Assembly (NCBI GenBank): GCA_951406725.2
Contig: OX597824.1
Coordinates: 60,636,001 to 60,700,000 of the forward strand
DNA length: 64,000 bases
Reading direction: 5' to 3'
Source: Octopus vulgaris
Lineage: Eukaryota
Below the pieces are notes generated by a model. The model ran no database searches. It saw nothing but the letters and a program-made list of their open reading frames with translations, and was not told the DNA's origin. The position numbers and the translations under genes are program-made. Numbering within the stretch: position 1 is the stretch's first letter; the number at the start of each line of letters is the position of its first letter. This document shows, in pieces, positions 40,396 through 53,845 of this stretch.

Positions 40396-41599
40396 CTAGC
40401 ATAAGGTGACCCGCTCTACGCGCGGGTAAGAGTGTGGTTGTTATTTTCTGTTGCATCCTTTCGGCACGTAAAAAGCACCATCCGAACGTGGCCGATGGCA
40501 GCGCCGCCTTGACTGGCTTCTGTGCCGGTGGCACGTAAAAAGCACCAACCGATCGTTGCCACTGCCAGTGCCCCTCCCCCCGTGGCACCTGTGCCGGTGA
40601 CACGAAAAAAGCACCCACTACAATCACGGAGTGGTTGGCGTTAGGAAGGGCATCCAGCTGTAGAAAGACTGCCAGATCAGACTGGAGCCTGGTGCAGCCT
40701 CCTGACTTCCCAGACCCCGGTCAAACCGTCCAACCCGTGCTAGCACGGAAAACGGACGTTAAACGATGATGATGATGATGATGATGATTCTCCCTCTTTG
40801 TTTCTCTCTCCTTTCTCTCTCCCTTTCCCACTCTCTTACTCTTCCTTTCTCTCGGACTCTCCCTCGCTTTCTCTTACTCTCTATCTTTCTCTATCTATCT
40901 CTCTCCCATTTATAAACAACAAAAGATCTTGAGTAAATTGAGAAAGAAAGTAGTTTGAAAGATCAATCATAAATATCAGGCAGTGACAACGGAAAGGTCT
41001 GCTTCAAGGCAGACAGCAAAACGCTAACATTTAAAAGAGACAGACGAACTTGCGAGCTGAATAAAAATAATAAAATATTGGAAACCAAAGTTTGAAGGGA
41101 TAGAATCTGAGGATAGTAGAGTCACCATGGCTGGCATTTCTTAACGACGGACAGCAACGTATTGACAGTTTAACGGCTGGTGTAAAATTTTGAACTTGAT
41201 GTAAAAGAAAATTCGTAAACACCAAGTTTTGAAGTGATTCTTTCTCACGACAGTAGACTCACCATGGCAAGTATTCAAAACTTCTTCATCATGGACGGCA
41301 ACACATTGACGATTAAAAGGCTGGCGCAAATTTTTTAGCTTGATGTAACAGAGAATTCCTAAACACCCGCTCTTTTAAATTTTAATCCCCTTCCAGCCCC
41401 ATTTAGACCCCATTTCACATTTTGGTTAATATAACCCGATTTCAATCGGGTCTACTGGTGCCACATTTTATAAAATGAGGAATTTTGTCAGAGGTCACGC
41501 CTTTCATTTGAGGAAAAAAATAGTTGTCATGCAAACTTGCTAGCACTTTTAACATAGGTGTGCATATTTTCAGCTCAACCAACCACATAATGCACACAT

Positions 41600-41666
<67 letters not shown>

Positions 41667-41983
41667 ACGCATTATATATACAAATGTATACAAATTATAT
41701 ATATACGTATAAATTAAATTAGAGATAAAACCACTAATAGGCAAATCAAACAGTGAAAAACATAAACCAAAACATAAAAATAAAAAATATAATATAGAAA
41801 ATATAGAAAATATAAAATTGAAAAATTAAAATTATTTAAATTTAAAATTAAAATTTTTAATTTATATTTATAATTTAAAAAAAAATATATATAACTATCA
41901 AAAAGTATTAAAAAGATTAATATACATAAATACAGATATATACACTTTGTATATATACATTATATATACATATTTATATATAG

Positions 41984-42027
<44 letters not shown>

Positions 42028-42528
42028 AACATATATATAAATTAACCCAATAAATATCTGATTCATAATATTTGTTCTCATGATTGTGTGGTGGTGGTGG
42101 GGATGATAATTCTCTCTATGAATGCAGACAGACGTAGAGAGTGAGTGTGTGTGAAACCGCTGTCGAAGGCGGGGAGGGGGGAGATATAGAACGCCGTGAC
42201 ACGACGTTATAAAGAGAAAGTGAAGGTAAGGGAGTTCGACGCCGTGAAACGACGTTATATATAGAAAGTGATGGAAAGTGAGGAAAGAGAGTGAGTGACG
42301 GAGAAGGGCAGATACATAAAAGAATGAGAGTAGACTTGTCAAAGTGAGTTTTGGTCCTAGCAACGACACCTTTTAAGATGTCCACTAACATCCTCACCTC
42401 ATTTTACATGTCTCTGTAAATTTTGGAATCAATCCGACGGGATCTAGTGGCCTTTAACCCGTTCTCAATGCCAAAACCAGACAAACAAACAAACAAACTT
42501 TTCGCATTTCAGATTTATAATATAGAGA
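40396..42528 (-). mobile_element. Non-autonomous Helitron with nested insertions
   Basis: Same termini as 13815-14657: A|TCTCTATATTATAAA 5' end; ACCCGC..GCGGGT hairpin + CTAG|T. Confidence 0.8.
40461..40788 (+). mobile_element. 5'-truncated SINE with (GAT)n tail inserted in the Helitron
   Basis: Repeated ggcacgtaaaaagcacc units and tail ggacgttaaacgatgatgat; absent from the 13815-14657 copy. Confidence 0.75.
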
Positions 42529-42889
42529 TGTAAAGCAAAAGCATTATCTGTTATAAATGTATGTATATTGTTATAATTTTTTTTGTTTAAATAAATAAAT
42601 AGACATAATATAATGTCTAAAAGTTGATGAATACCACCTCTGATTTCCTCCATTTTCTTATTGCCGTATAACTTAAGAGTAAAATAACTTTTTACTCTCA
42701 TGCATCTGCTACATTCAGTAGTGTAATTTCCACGCAAAAAAAACAAAACAAAACAAACACTTGTGTATTAATAATTGGGTATTCTACCAGCAGTACATTG
42801 GATAGATATTATCCCTTTGTTGGTTGGATTTACAACCTCTAACTCTCTTGGAAATATATATATATATATATATATATATCAAACGGGAA

Positions 42890-43945
42890 GTCATATAGGG
42901 GAAGGTGGGTATGTAAGGAGAGAGAGGAGGAGAGAAGAGAGAGGAGAGAGGAGAGGAGAAGAGAGAAAGAGAGTAAGAGAGAAGAGGGAAATACAGTAGG
43001 GGGTGAAGAGAAGTAGCAGTGAAGTGATGTAGGAGTGAAGTAGGAGTGAAGAGAAGTAGGAGTTGGGGCAAGAGAGGAGAGTTGGGTGGGAAGAAGGAGG
43101 AGGGGTGGGATGGGTGGGAAGGAGGATGAAGGAGGGGAGAGAGAGGGGGAGAAGGAGAGTGGGAGAAGGAGAGTGGGAGAAGGAGAGGGGAGAAGGCGGA
43201 GGGAGGGGGAGAGAGGAGAGAAAGAGAGTGAAGGAGCAGAGAGAAAGAGAGCAGACAGAAAGAGGATAGGGGAGAAGAGGGAAAGAGAGTAGAGGGAAAG
43301 AGGGAAGAAGAGGGAAAGAGAGTAGGGGTGAAAAGATGTAGGAGTGAAGAGAAGTAGGAGTTGGGGAGGAGGTTAGATGAAAAGGGGAGGAGAGTTGAGC
43401 CCAAATGGCGTAAAAGACCGAAGAGAGAATATTAATCTCTGTCCACAGCGCAAATGGGAGTCCGGATGGCCTCTATGCAAGGACAATCCGAACACACACA
43501 GGTGTTGCAAGGAGTGACCGGTGGAGCGAAATGGCGTGAGACCGGGGTGTCATTGCTGAGGCGGATGTCTCGGAGGTGTTCCGCGAACTGGTCAGCCAAG
43601 CGGCGTCCCGTTTGTCCGATGTACAGGGAATGGCAGAGAGAGAGCAGGAGATGCAATAGATGATATTGCTGGAGGTGCAGGTGAAGGAGTCAATGATGCG
43701 ATAGGGTCGATGATGGGTGCCGGTGAGGAGGGTGGTGTTGGAGAGGTATGGGCAAGTGCGGCAGCGTGGTGGGAGCAAGGGAACGAGCCAGGCTGGGAGA
43801 TAGGGTTGGAGAAGAAGCTGTGGACCAAGAGGCCTCGTAGGTTATGGGCTCGTTTGACGGAGGGGAGGGGTCGTTTAGGGAAGATGTGTGAAGTGGACGG
43901 GTCGGACTGGAGATGCCGGAAAGCTCGGATAATGGTGCGTTGGAG
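42890..43945 (-). mobile_element. Penelope-like GIY-YIG fragment
   Basis: SSNIIYCISC..LYIGQTGRRLADQFAEH; homologous to ~2050-3085. Confidence 0.9.
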
Positions 43946-44335
43946 ATATATATATCTTTATATATATAATGCATGATGTGTGTGTGTGTGTGTACGTGAT
44001 TGTAGTTTATGCACATCCACAAATTAGCACGCATGTCGCTCAAATTTTAGGAGGACATTCGTCACGATCCTAGCTGTATTTTCGTCAAATTATTTTCCCC
44101 TGAGGCACCCGCGAATAGCCGTAAATAATTTTAAGCCATAACTTCAATATTCACGGCGGAGAAATCCACTGTAGTGACGACATTATTGTCCTAGCGACGG
44201 TGTAAAGAGAGGGAGGGAGAGGGAGAGAGAGAGAGAAAGATAACATTTAAAAAATTTCTTTTTAGTGAGTGATTGACAGACAAAAACAGACAGACAGGTG
44301 TTGTTATGTATGCATGTATGTGTGAATCGCTTCAG

Positions 44336-44372
<37 letters not shown>

Positions 44373-44406
44373 CATATATACGTACAAAACACATGCATGC
44401 ACTATA

Positions 44407-44799
44407 TCTCTCTATATATAAAGCTGAAGTTGTCTGTGTTTGGCAGGTTTGGTAGCCTTCAACTAACACTATCTTCTCCGAGACCCTGCGGCGCAAGTTA
44501 ACCAAAATTGAGAGCATGATAGAAGAAGGCTTGCTCTTCCTTCCAGAGAAGAAAAAATTTAAATCAGACATGTTAACACCAAAAATTATTTACATAAAAA
44601 ACGTGCTTTTTTTTTCTATGAAAATCCCTATTTTTTACGATGTTTTGACTGCTGTGTCGCCATTTTTCGGTGTATTTCAACCAGAAAAATGTTCACTTAA
44701 AGAGAATAATAAGCTACATAATGCAAAACTTTTACTTTCCCCAAATTCCAATTCTAAAGATTCGAAACAAACCCGAGCAACTCCGGGTGATACTGCTAG
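44407..44799 (+). mobile_element. Short non-autonomous Helitron
   Basis: A|TCTCTCTATATATAAAGCTG start; ACCCG-agcaactc-CGGGT hairpin, then CTAG|T. Confidence 0.8.
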
Positions 44800-44801
44800 T
44801 A

Positions 44802-44865
<64 letters not shown>

Positions 44866-44884
44866 CATACATACATACATACAC

Positions 44885-44987
44885 ACGATGGTCTTCTTTC
44901 AGTTTCCGTCTACCAAATCCACTCATAGGGCTTTGATCGGCTCGAGGCTATAGTAGAAGACACTTGCCCAAGGTGTGTGTGTAGAGA

Positions 44988-45037
<50 letters not shown>

Positions 45038-45162
45038 TTGGCGTAACTGTGTGGTAAGAAGCTTGCTTCCCAACCAGTTGGTTCTGGGTTCAGTCCCACT
45101 TGAGCAAGTGTCTTCTAACCAAAGCTTTGTGAGTGGATTTGGTAGACGGACAAGGAAAGAAG

Positions 45163-45221
<59 letters not shown>

Positions 45222-45570
45222 TTGAAGCTTTACTATAGCGTCGTAAATGTATCTACAGCTATTTTCAGTAAACATTGGTGTCTTGTACTACTACTCTATT
45301 TATACACACACACATCTCTCTCTCTCTTTCTCACTCTCTCTCTCTCTACCTCTGTATGTGTGTGTAAGTGTGTGTTTTTGTGTTTGTGTTTGTCCCCCAA
45401 CACTTCTTGACAACCGGTGCTGTGTGTTTACATCTCCGTAAAAGCAGTTCGGTAAAAGAAATCCTTACAATTATTACCAGGCTTTACAAAATGTACTGGA
45501 GTCAACTATTCAAGGAAGCACCCCAGCATGACCGCAGTCTAAAGACTGAAATAAGTAAAAAATAAAAGAT
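44885..45570. mobile_element. SINE family A copies (partial - at 44885-44975, + at 45034-45570)
   Basis: Similarity to 7567-8060. Confidence 0.75.
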
Positions 45571-45849
45571 AAGTTTATATTTATTAACTTGCAAAATTAA
45601 AGTTTCATTCCTCCTGTCGGCATAGACATGGCCTTAACTTGTTCTTATGTATTTGCAATTGGCCTAAGGTATTGAAACGTTCCTAGCTGGTGCTCAACTT
45701 GCAGAAAATATCAGTCAAGTCACCTTCACTATACTATGTATAAGAATGTCTTGGGTAACATGATCTTAAATACCTCTGCAAAAACAGAAGAGTTCTGAAT
45801 GGAACATCTTTGATAATAGAATTACTTCATGAGGGCCAATCTGGGTTAA

Positions 45850-46010
45850 ACAACAGTTGCAGCAACACCAGCAATTACAGCAACAGTAGCGTAACAACAA
45901 CAACAACAACAGCAGTAGCAGCGACAGCAATAGCAGCAGCAGCAGCAGCAGCAGAGACAGAGGCAATTGCAGTAGCAGTAACAGCAGCAGCTGTAACAAC
46001 AACAGCAACA
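45850..46010. repeat. Mixed (CAA/CAG)n trinucleotide tract
   Basis: Direct reading. Confidence 0.85.
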
Positions 46011-46589
46011 GTCAAAAGATTGTTCGCTTCCTCTCTTTTTCACCCCTGCCTAGCTCTTATGCGATAATGTAAAACCAAATAAATAATTACTTGTAGTGGC
46101 AATAAAAATTTTCTCCAACAGGACTCAATCGCTATAGAATTCAGTAACACACAAAAAAGCAAAAAAGCCGAATTATAAAATATTGAATGCAAGGGACATC
46201 ATTTATAACAACGATTTTAAAAGTTACCTCCCTTTACCATATTTAACACGTAATTTAACGTCTTATAATAAATTGACATTAGAAATGTCAATTTGGGGCG
46301 TGGGTACCTTTTTCTCATACTTCACCCATGGGGGATTTTGAAACAGCCGCAACTTTTCATGATCGACGAAAATGTTGGTAAATTACCAGTGGCGTTCATA
46401 TAATTCATTATGAGAAAGAGAAGGCAGTGCTCCAGCATAGGCAGAGTCCAATGGATAAAGGCAATAAAATAAACAGACGAGCGTACATCTCTCTCTTACT
46501 GAGTGTGTGTGTATTTGTGGTTAGATTGTAGGTGATCTATTTCTAGCATATTGGATGTCCACTTAGTGGTCATCGTTTCTTATATGCAT

Positions 46590-46647
<58 letters not shown>

Positions 46648-46755
46648 AATTATTGTATACAATTTTTCTGAATTTTCAGATTTTTCTATATGCTAGGCCA
46701 CTGGATTTAAATTGATGTTAATTAAATTAATATTCAATTGATCGCCCTCATTATT

Positions 46756-46789
<34 letters not shown>

Positions 46790-46790
<1 letters not shown>

Positions 46791-47080
46791 CCCCTCCCCC
46801 TCTTCTCCTCTCTCCACACTACACCACACGACTTTACACATCACATCATATATGATGTGCCATACTAATACATACACCAACTAATACATACTAATACATA
46901 CACCAACCCTATACATACACACGTCCAGACCTCTCATACGCACTTATACTCTCTCATACACACACACACACACACACTTATACATACTAATACGTACTAA
47001 TACATACTAATACATACTAATACATACACCAACCCCATACATACGCACGTCCAGACCTATCATACGCACTAATACTCTCT

Positions 47081-47111
<31 letters not shown>

Positions 47112-47491
47112 TTATACATACTAATACATACTAATACATACACCAACCCTATACATACACACGTCCAGACCTCTCCTACGCACTAATAGCTGGTCATTCA
47201 ACCCTATTATCAACCCTATTATCTCCCCTTATTTCGCTCTCGCGTCTCATGTTTGATCTTTGACCTCTGGCCGAAATCAGATCGCCATGTTGATTCGTTA
47301 GTTACTGCACGCATTTTTTTCTCTCCTTCTTTCTGTGTTTTTTTTCTCTCTGTGTATCTTTCTGTTGAAGAGCGTAGGCTCGAAACGTTAAAGACTTGTT
47401 TTATTTATATTTCCTGAGCGCCATACTAATACAATTGTTTGTTTGTTTCCCACCTGCCTTCGTCTTTTGTCTATTTTCATAAAGCTTCCCG

Positions 47492-47492
<1 letters not shown>
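46790..47492 (+). mobile_element. Solo Penelope 3'UTR/pLTR with internal triplication, flanked by (TA)n
   Basis: Homologous to the reverse complement of 1397-1800. Three ~120-bp repeats containing acacgtccagacc. Confidence 0.75.
47357..47394 (+). ncRNA. Minimal type I hammerhead-like motif (variant core CUGUUGA)
   Basis: UCUUU-CUGUUGA-A-GAGC guag GCUC-GAAA-CGU-U-AAAGA; stems I and II are perfect. Confidence 0.65.
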
Positions 47493-47579
<87 letters not shown>

Positions 47580-47589
47580 GTAATTCTTT

Positions 47590-47789
47590 TATTCTTTTAT
47601 CTTTTACTTGTTTCAGTCATTTGACTGCGGCCATGCTGGAGCACTGCCGTGAAGGGGTTTTAGTCGGAGCAAATCGACCCCAGGAATTACTCTTTTTAAA
47701 CCTTGCACTTATTCTATCGATAACTTTTGCTGAACCTCTACTTTATGGAGATGTAAACACACCAACACCGGTTGTCAACTGGTGGTGGA

Positions 47790-47790
<1 letters not shown>
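47590..47790 (-). mobile_element. SINE family A 3' part
   Basis: Reverse complement of the family tail (ttttacttgtttcagtcatt). Confidence 0.75.
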
Positions 47791-47830
<40 letters not shown>

Positions 47831-48111
47831 GCGCACACATACGCATGCACACACACGCATGCACACACGCGCACACTCACACACGTGTGTGTATGCGCGC
47901 GCGCGTTGTGTGTTGTGTGTGCGTGTGTGTATTGTGCGCGAGTGAGTGTATAATGTTTCGAGGTGATGTTCTTGAAAAGTGATAAACCAAGGTGGAAACA
48001 TTTTCGATCATAGATCGGTGGGATCGCCAGCACAGAGTAATAAAGCATTGTCGTCGTCGTCGTCGTTGTGGTTGCTGCTGCTGATGGTAGTTGTGGTGGT
48101 GGTGGTGGTGG

Positions 48112-48143
<32 letters not shown>

Positions 48144-48779
48144 GCGATGGTGATGGTGATGGTGAGGGTGATGGTGATGATGATATAACTGAAACCCTGT
48201 TGAAATTTCCTAAGTCTCTTTAATATAAGATATTAAACTGTCTACCCTGAAGTGCTGATGCCCCTGTTGATCTTGATATGGTTTATTAAGGGAATCTTTT
48301 TCCTACGTAAACAATGTTTCTCTCAGTCATGTCTTCGTGGTGAATGTTTTACTGGGGCGACAAGTAGCAGAATATCTTTTTCGTGTCTGACCTATCGCTA
48401 AAGAATCTGACGTAGGTCACATATTAAGTTTAGGTTAGTATTTCATTGATACCATTACACAGCGAATTGTTCAACTTACCCCACCCCCTGAACTTGTTGG
48501 CCTCGTGCCCAAATTTGAGACGGGCAAAATGCTTAGCGGAATTTCCTCTGCCTTAACATTCCGAGTTCAAATTCCTCCGAGGTCACTCAGGGTCTCTTTC
48601 TGCACATATTAATTATCACGGGAGACATTCAACATCCAACTACCAATCTCAAAATCCTAGCTCTCCTCAGCAGAGCAGTTTTTTTGGCTTGCTCTGCTCT
48701 CATGTCAGGTCGTCGTCGTCGTCGTCGCCGTCGTCGCCGCCGCCGTCGTCGTCGTCGCCGCCGTCGTCGTCAAGAATCG

Positions 48780-49098
48780 GTGGTAAACCGGGTGAAATGC
48801 TTAGTGGTATTTCGTCTGCGTTACGTTGTGAGTTCAAATTCCGCCGAGGTCGACTTTGCCTTTCATCCTTTCGGGGTCGATAAATTACGCACTGGGGTCG
48901 ATGTAATCGACTTACTACCTATGTCTGTCCCCTCTGTGTTTAGCCCCTTGTGGGTAATAAAGAAATAGGTATTTCGTCTGCAGCTACGTTCTGAGTTCAA
49001 GTTCCGCCGAGGTCGACTTTGCCTTTTATCCTGGGGTCGATGTAATCGACTAGACCTCATTCCCGCAAAAAATGTCAAGGCCTTGTACCTAGAGTAGA

Positions 49099-49170
<72 letters not shown>

Positions 49171-49410
49171 TATTATTATTATTATTATTATGACGGTGAG
49201 CTGGTAGAATCGTTAGCACGCTAGACGAGATATGTAGCGGTATTTCGTCTTACCGCTACGTTCTGAATTCAAATTCCTCTGAGGTCGATTTTGCCTTTCA
49301 TCCTTTCGGGGTCGATAAATTAAGTACCAGTTACACACTGGGGATCGATGTAATCAACTTGTTCCTTTCCCCAAGACTGTTGCCTTGTGGCAAAATTTGA
49401 AACCATTATC
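48780..49410 (+). mobile_element. Cluster of SINE family B copies with (TAA)n tails
   Basis: gagttcaaattccgccgaggtcgactttgcctttcatcctttcggggtcgataaa occurs three times with variation. Confidence 0.85.
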
Positions 49411-49417
49411 ATCATCA

Positions 49418-49463
<46 letters not shown>

Positions 49464-50562
49464 ATACATGAAATTGGAACGATACAGAGAAGATTATAAT
49501 TTCACTGGCATGCCACTAATTTATGTTAATTACTGGAGTTCTGGAACTCAGTCGAGTATCTTATCACTAATAGCTGCATTCCTCAAAGAAAAAAAATAAA
49601 TAAACGAAAACGAAAAAGAAAACATCAATAAATAACGTGATCCAGTTTAATGAACAGAATTTTGTTACGTCTTCATCTCCCCTTTCTTTCATTAAACGAT
49701 TTCTTAGTCAGATACGGCAATAAACTTTCATTTGTGGTGGTGAGAATAAGAAAGATATTGTGGGTGTTTCTGCCTTTGTTAAGAAGGTTCCGCGGTGTAT
49801 TATTTTCACCTGAAAGACGAAATTTGTTAATTTAATCATCGACAAAATAACACCAAATACCGAGACGGGCCAGCAAGAAAACTTGCTAAAAATAGCAGGA
49901 AAATCTCTTTCAGATTGCGCCATACTGCCATATAAAAAGAAGGATTTATTAGATTATCTAGTTCTAAGATACACTGATGTTTGTAATAAATGAGAGATCT
50001 ACACAACCAGAGACGATATGGGGCGAAACGCAACAAGGATATTCCGGAAGCTTTCCCCTAAGGTGTTGAGTTACTTCCCTTGATTTGTAAACTTGTTACT
50101 TATTAGGCGAATGTGAAGGACGTGTACACCACTCATTTCCGGTATTTCTTTTATTTTCTTTCAAAAGTTTTTTCAGATTTCTGTTTTCGATGTAGGAGAT
50201 ACGATTTTGCCCAGAAATCTCGTTTTCGAAAGTTTAATTTCCCCCACCCCATTTTATTGATTTTAAACTTTTTTCGATTTTTTTAATCCACGTAGAAAAA
50301 TACAGATTACGAAACTGGACATTTTCTTTTTTTGAATTTTATTCTTTCTTTAAGAAGTATTCAGGCCCCCTGCCCCCACCTCACCCACCCATCACCTCCC
50401 CGCTTTCAAAAACCTAAAAACTCAGAATATTTCACTTTCGTCTGATGTTTCATGAATGCGTATAATTCTACTGACATCAAAAATATCAGACCATCACCAG
50501 AAAACCTTGCATGCTAGAAACAACAGGTAAACGACATTATTTCTGGAAAACTTCCTCACTTT

Positions 50563-53309
50563 TGTAACGACTTAGTGTGAATATGTTCTCTGGACCTTTT
50601 GGGGGTGCGAGAAGCAATCACTTTCCGTTGCTTTAATAATCCAGATTCTCTACCAGTCAGAAACAACAAGACGCAGACGTAAATAATATATATCTACTTT
50701 ATTCTCTTATGTGGTAACAGATAATTGGTGTATCTGGTATCCCTTTGGTATAGATGTGTCTCAGCTGAACCTTATCGCTGTAAAATAAGAAAGCGTTCAA
50801 ATGCAAAACAACACTGCCAAGATGGCGTCCGGAATAGGGAGATGATGATGTCGGCAACAAATGTCAGGGAGAGACGAAGATAATATGCGTCTTCTTCTAT
50901 GAAAAGGCTGACTGCTGCTAGAATCAAATTCGGACAGAGAGAAAATATACGTGTTGTACCTTCGATAGCCATGTCTCAAGTCGCTGCTGACTGCTGCTAG
51001 TGGTCAAACGTTCTACGATCCCCTTGCCTCGGCTAACTGCCACGTAGGCAAAAGGGTTCTACATCCGGTGCTTCGCGCACGCGCGAAACAGAAAAGGACA
51101 GTGCGCGCGCGCGCCGCTGTATAGCGTCACTACAGAGCTCCACCCCAGTGCGAAGCACGACACAAAATTCCTTGTAGTGACTATAAAACTCAAGGTGGAT
51201 ACCAGATAACCAAATAGCACACAATATAATAAAAATGGCAAAATTTACATTATACATAAGAAATTCACCAAAAGGAAAAAATACTCAAAATGAGCAAAAA
51301 TCAAAAGTGCATTCGTGAAGGTGGATACGTCACAAAGTATAGAGCCTTCCGCTGTAGGGAGCGGGAGGAAAGCAAACTCACAGTTAATGAACCTAGGCGA
51401 AATTAAAATCCAACTTCTCTAAAGGTGGTTGATCCTGCGAAATAGCAGTTAAATCAATTGCTGCAGGAGAGGAAATGGAATCGACAGATAGCTCGCTAGT
51501 AACACAAAGGCAAAGTGCAAGCATGCTGGTGTGATGCGCGACACAGATAATTTTCTCTGTTAATTACGTGACCAACAGGAGTCTAACAGGGAAAAATTAC
51601 GCCTATACATGGCGCAGCGCATGTGAACATCCGACATTCTATGAGTCGGGAAAAAGAATTAAGCTAACGCAAACGTGTTGCAAAAACAAGGCAATACACG
51701 TGCGAAGCAAAGGCGCATGAAATGCAATAGGGCTTGCCAGACCGAAAAACAGCAATGAATATGCCAGTGGTTGAGCGATTATATGCCTCGTTCGTACAGG
51801 AACAAAAGTATGGCATGCCGGCGCGTTATAATGAACAAACAACCCTCTCTATGTATATGTGATCCCTAGGGTCTTACAGAAATGAGGTGTGTCCACAAAA
51901 GGCAAATTTAGCATGGGAAAAAAACAAGCGAGGAAAGCATGTGTGACGTATGTATGTGAGAGATAGCATTTATGTGTGTGTACGTGTGTGCGACAGAAAT
52001 ACATACAAGGTGAATGCGAGCAAAATAAAAATACAGCGCATAGGAAAAATGTCTCTCAGGGCTATTTCAGACAATGGAGTTAATTTACCAGTCTGTAATA
52101 GCCTGATGCACAATAGCAGTTCGTTCTGTAACAGAATGTTGAAATCACAAATGCAGATGCCGATTGAACACATATCGTGTAGCGGTTGTAGCTTCGATGC
52201 TGTGACAGGTTAACTGGGTACAGAAGAAATCTCGCAGATAGACTGTGCTGTTAATTCCTTGGCGCGCTATGCACGAACAGCGTGAAAGCTAAAGTTCCGC
52301 GAGTTGCTATGTACATCTTGGTCGACGGTGTTGAAAGGCGACGGTGGTGGTGGAAGGCGACTGTAGTGGACTTGAGACAACATTGTTCTTAGTGGTGATG
52401 GCGATGAAGATAACGACGACGTGAAGTTCTAAGACGACGATGGTGATGACGGTAGAGAAAAGGCATCGATGATATGATGGCGTCCGTCATTATGTTGAAG
52501 AATAAAAAAGGCTCCTTCTATAACTGTTTGTGGTGGCCGGAAAACAAATCGTCGAAAGATGATGACTGCGTAGAGTTAAATCGTGTTCCGACCTAGCAGA
52601 AAAACTGGATTTCTTTGTTGTTAAGTGATCTCTGGTTTTAGACCAGAATCACGTCGGGGGTCACCAGTGTAACGTTGTGTGTGAATATGTTCTCTGGACC
52701 TTTTGGGGGTGCGAGAAGCAATCACTTTCCGTTGCTTTAATAATCCAGATTCTCTACCAGTCAGAAACAACAAGACGCAGACGTAAATAATATATATCTA
52801 CTTTATTCTCTTATGTGGTAACAGATAATTGGTGTATCTGGTATCCCTTTGGTATAGATGTGTCTCAGCTGAACCATATCGCTGTAAAATAAGAAAGTGT
52901 TCAAATGCAAAACAACACTGCCAAGATGGCGTCCGGAATAGGGAGATGATGATGTCGGCAACAAATGTCAGGGAGAGACGAAGATAATATGCGTCTTCTT
53001 CTATGAAAAGGCTGACTGCTGCTAGAATCAAATTCGGACAGAGAGAAAATATACGTGTTGTACCTTCGATAGCCATATCTCAAGTCGCTGCTGACTGCTG
53101 CTAGTGGTCAAACGTTCTACGATCCCCTAGTCTGCAACAATTTGGTTAAAAGCTTTCGGTAAAGGCTGCTGCTAGTGGTCAAACGTTCTACGATCCCCTT
53201 GCCTCGGCTAACTGCCACGTAGGCAAAAGGGTTCTACTTCCGGTGCTTCGCGCACGCGCGAAACAGAAAAGGACAGTGCGCGCGCGCGCCGCTGTATAGC
53301 GTCACTACA
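50563..53309 (-). mobile_element. Complete non-autonomous LTR retroelement, copy 1
   Basis: LTRs 50563-51134 and 52668-53309 (TG..CA), TSD CTTT, PBS 52647-52666, PPT-like tract adjoining 51135; no long ORF. Confidence 0.92.
52647..52666 (-). promoter_or_regulatory. Primer binding site, tRNA-Trp
   Basis: Minus strand TGGTGACCCCCGACGTGATT, 1 nt after the LTR. Matches the complement of the tRNA-Trp 3' end (..AATCACGTCGGGGTCACCA) with one extra C. Confidence 0.9.
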
Positions 53310-53544
53310 CTTTCTAAAAAGCTAAAAGTGAAACATTCGGAGTTGATGGGTGGAAGTTGGGGAAGGGGATTTGAGTGTTTCTTTAAGAAAAATTAAGAAA
53401 TGAAAATTCTTAAAGAGTCGTATTCTCTATTTGGTGCTCGTGTATCTGTTATAGTCATCGTGCAAGAGAAACATTTATGAAAATGCACATGTAAATAAGT
53501 TATGTAGACCATGTAAATAAGTTACGTTTATAGTTATGTTTATG

Positions 53545-53845
53545 GAGCAGGTCAAGGACTTTTGGAAGTTGTCCAACGTTCTCAACCCGAATGTACGATG
53601 GAACTGGCTGTCTAGTTGAATATACCCGAGACCTAGAGTCGCCCCTGCTCAACGTCACATTCAGACTCTAAAAATAAAATTCGTGTAGAACCCCCACAGC
53701 TGGCGTTGCCCGAGCACCGGAATAGCAGGAGGGCCTTACGGCACCCTTTATGCCATTCACTCGACCTCGGAAAACACCAGGCTTCCTGTTCGCAAAAACT
53801 TTTGAAGTCGGGGAACATTTGTCTGGCCAGCGGAAACCACAAACT
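53545..53845 (-). mobile_element. Tx1-like LINE fragment
   Basis: Homologous to ~55670-55920. Confidence 0.75.

Noticed and set aside
45810-46067. Poly-Q/poly-A protein exon
   Set aside because: A simple trinucleotide tract with no splice or homology support.
48620-48700. Minus-strand CUGAGGA-GAG..UUU-GAGA hammerhead-like motif
   Set aside because: GAAA is mutated and no stem I partner follows the putative cleavage site.
49660-49811. Possible minus-strand exon after tttcgtctttcag
   Set aside because: An acceptor-like site and a short open frame exist, but there is no recognisable protein or partner exon. RNA-seq would be needed.
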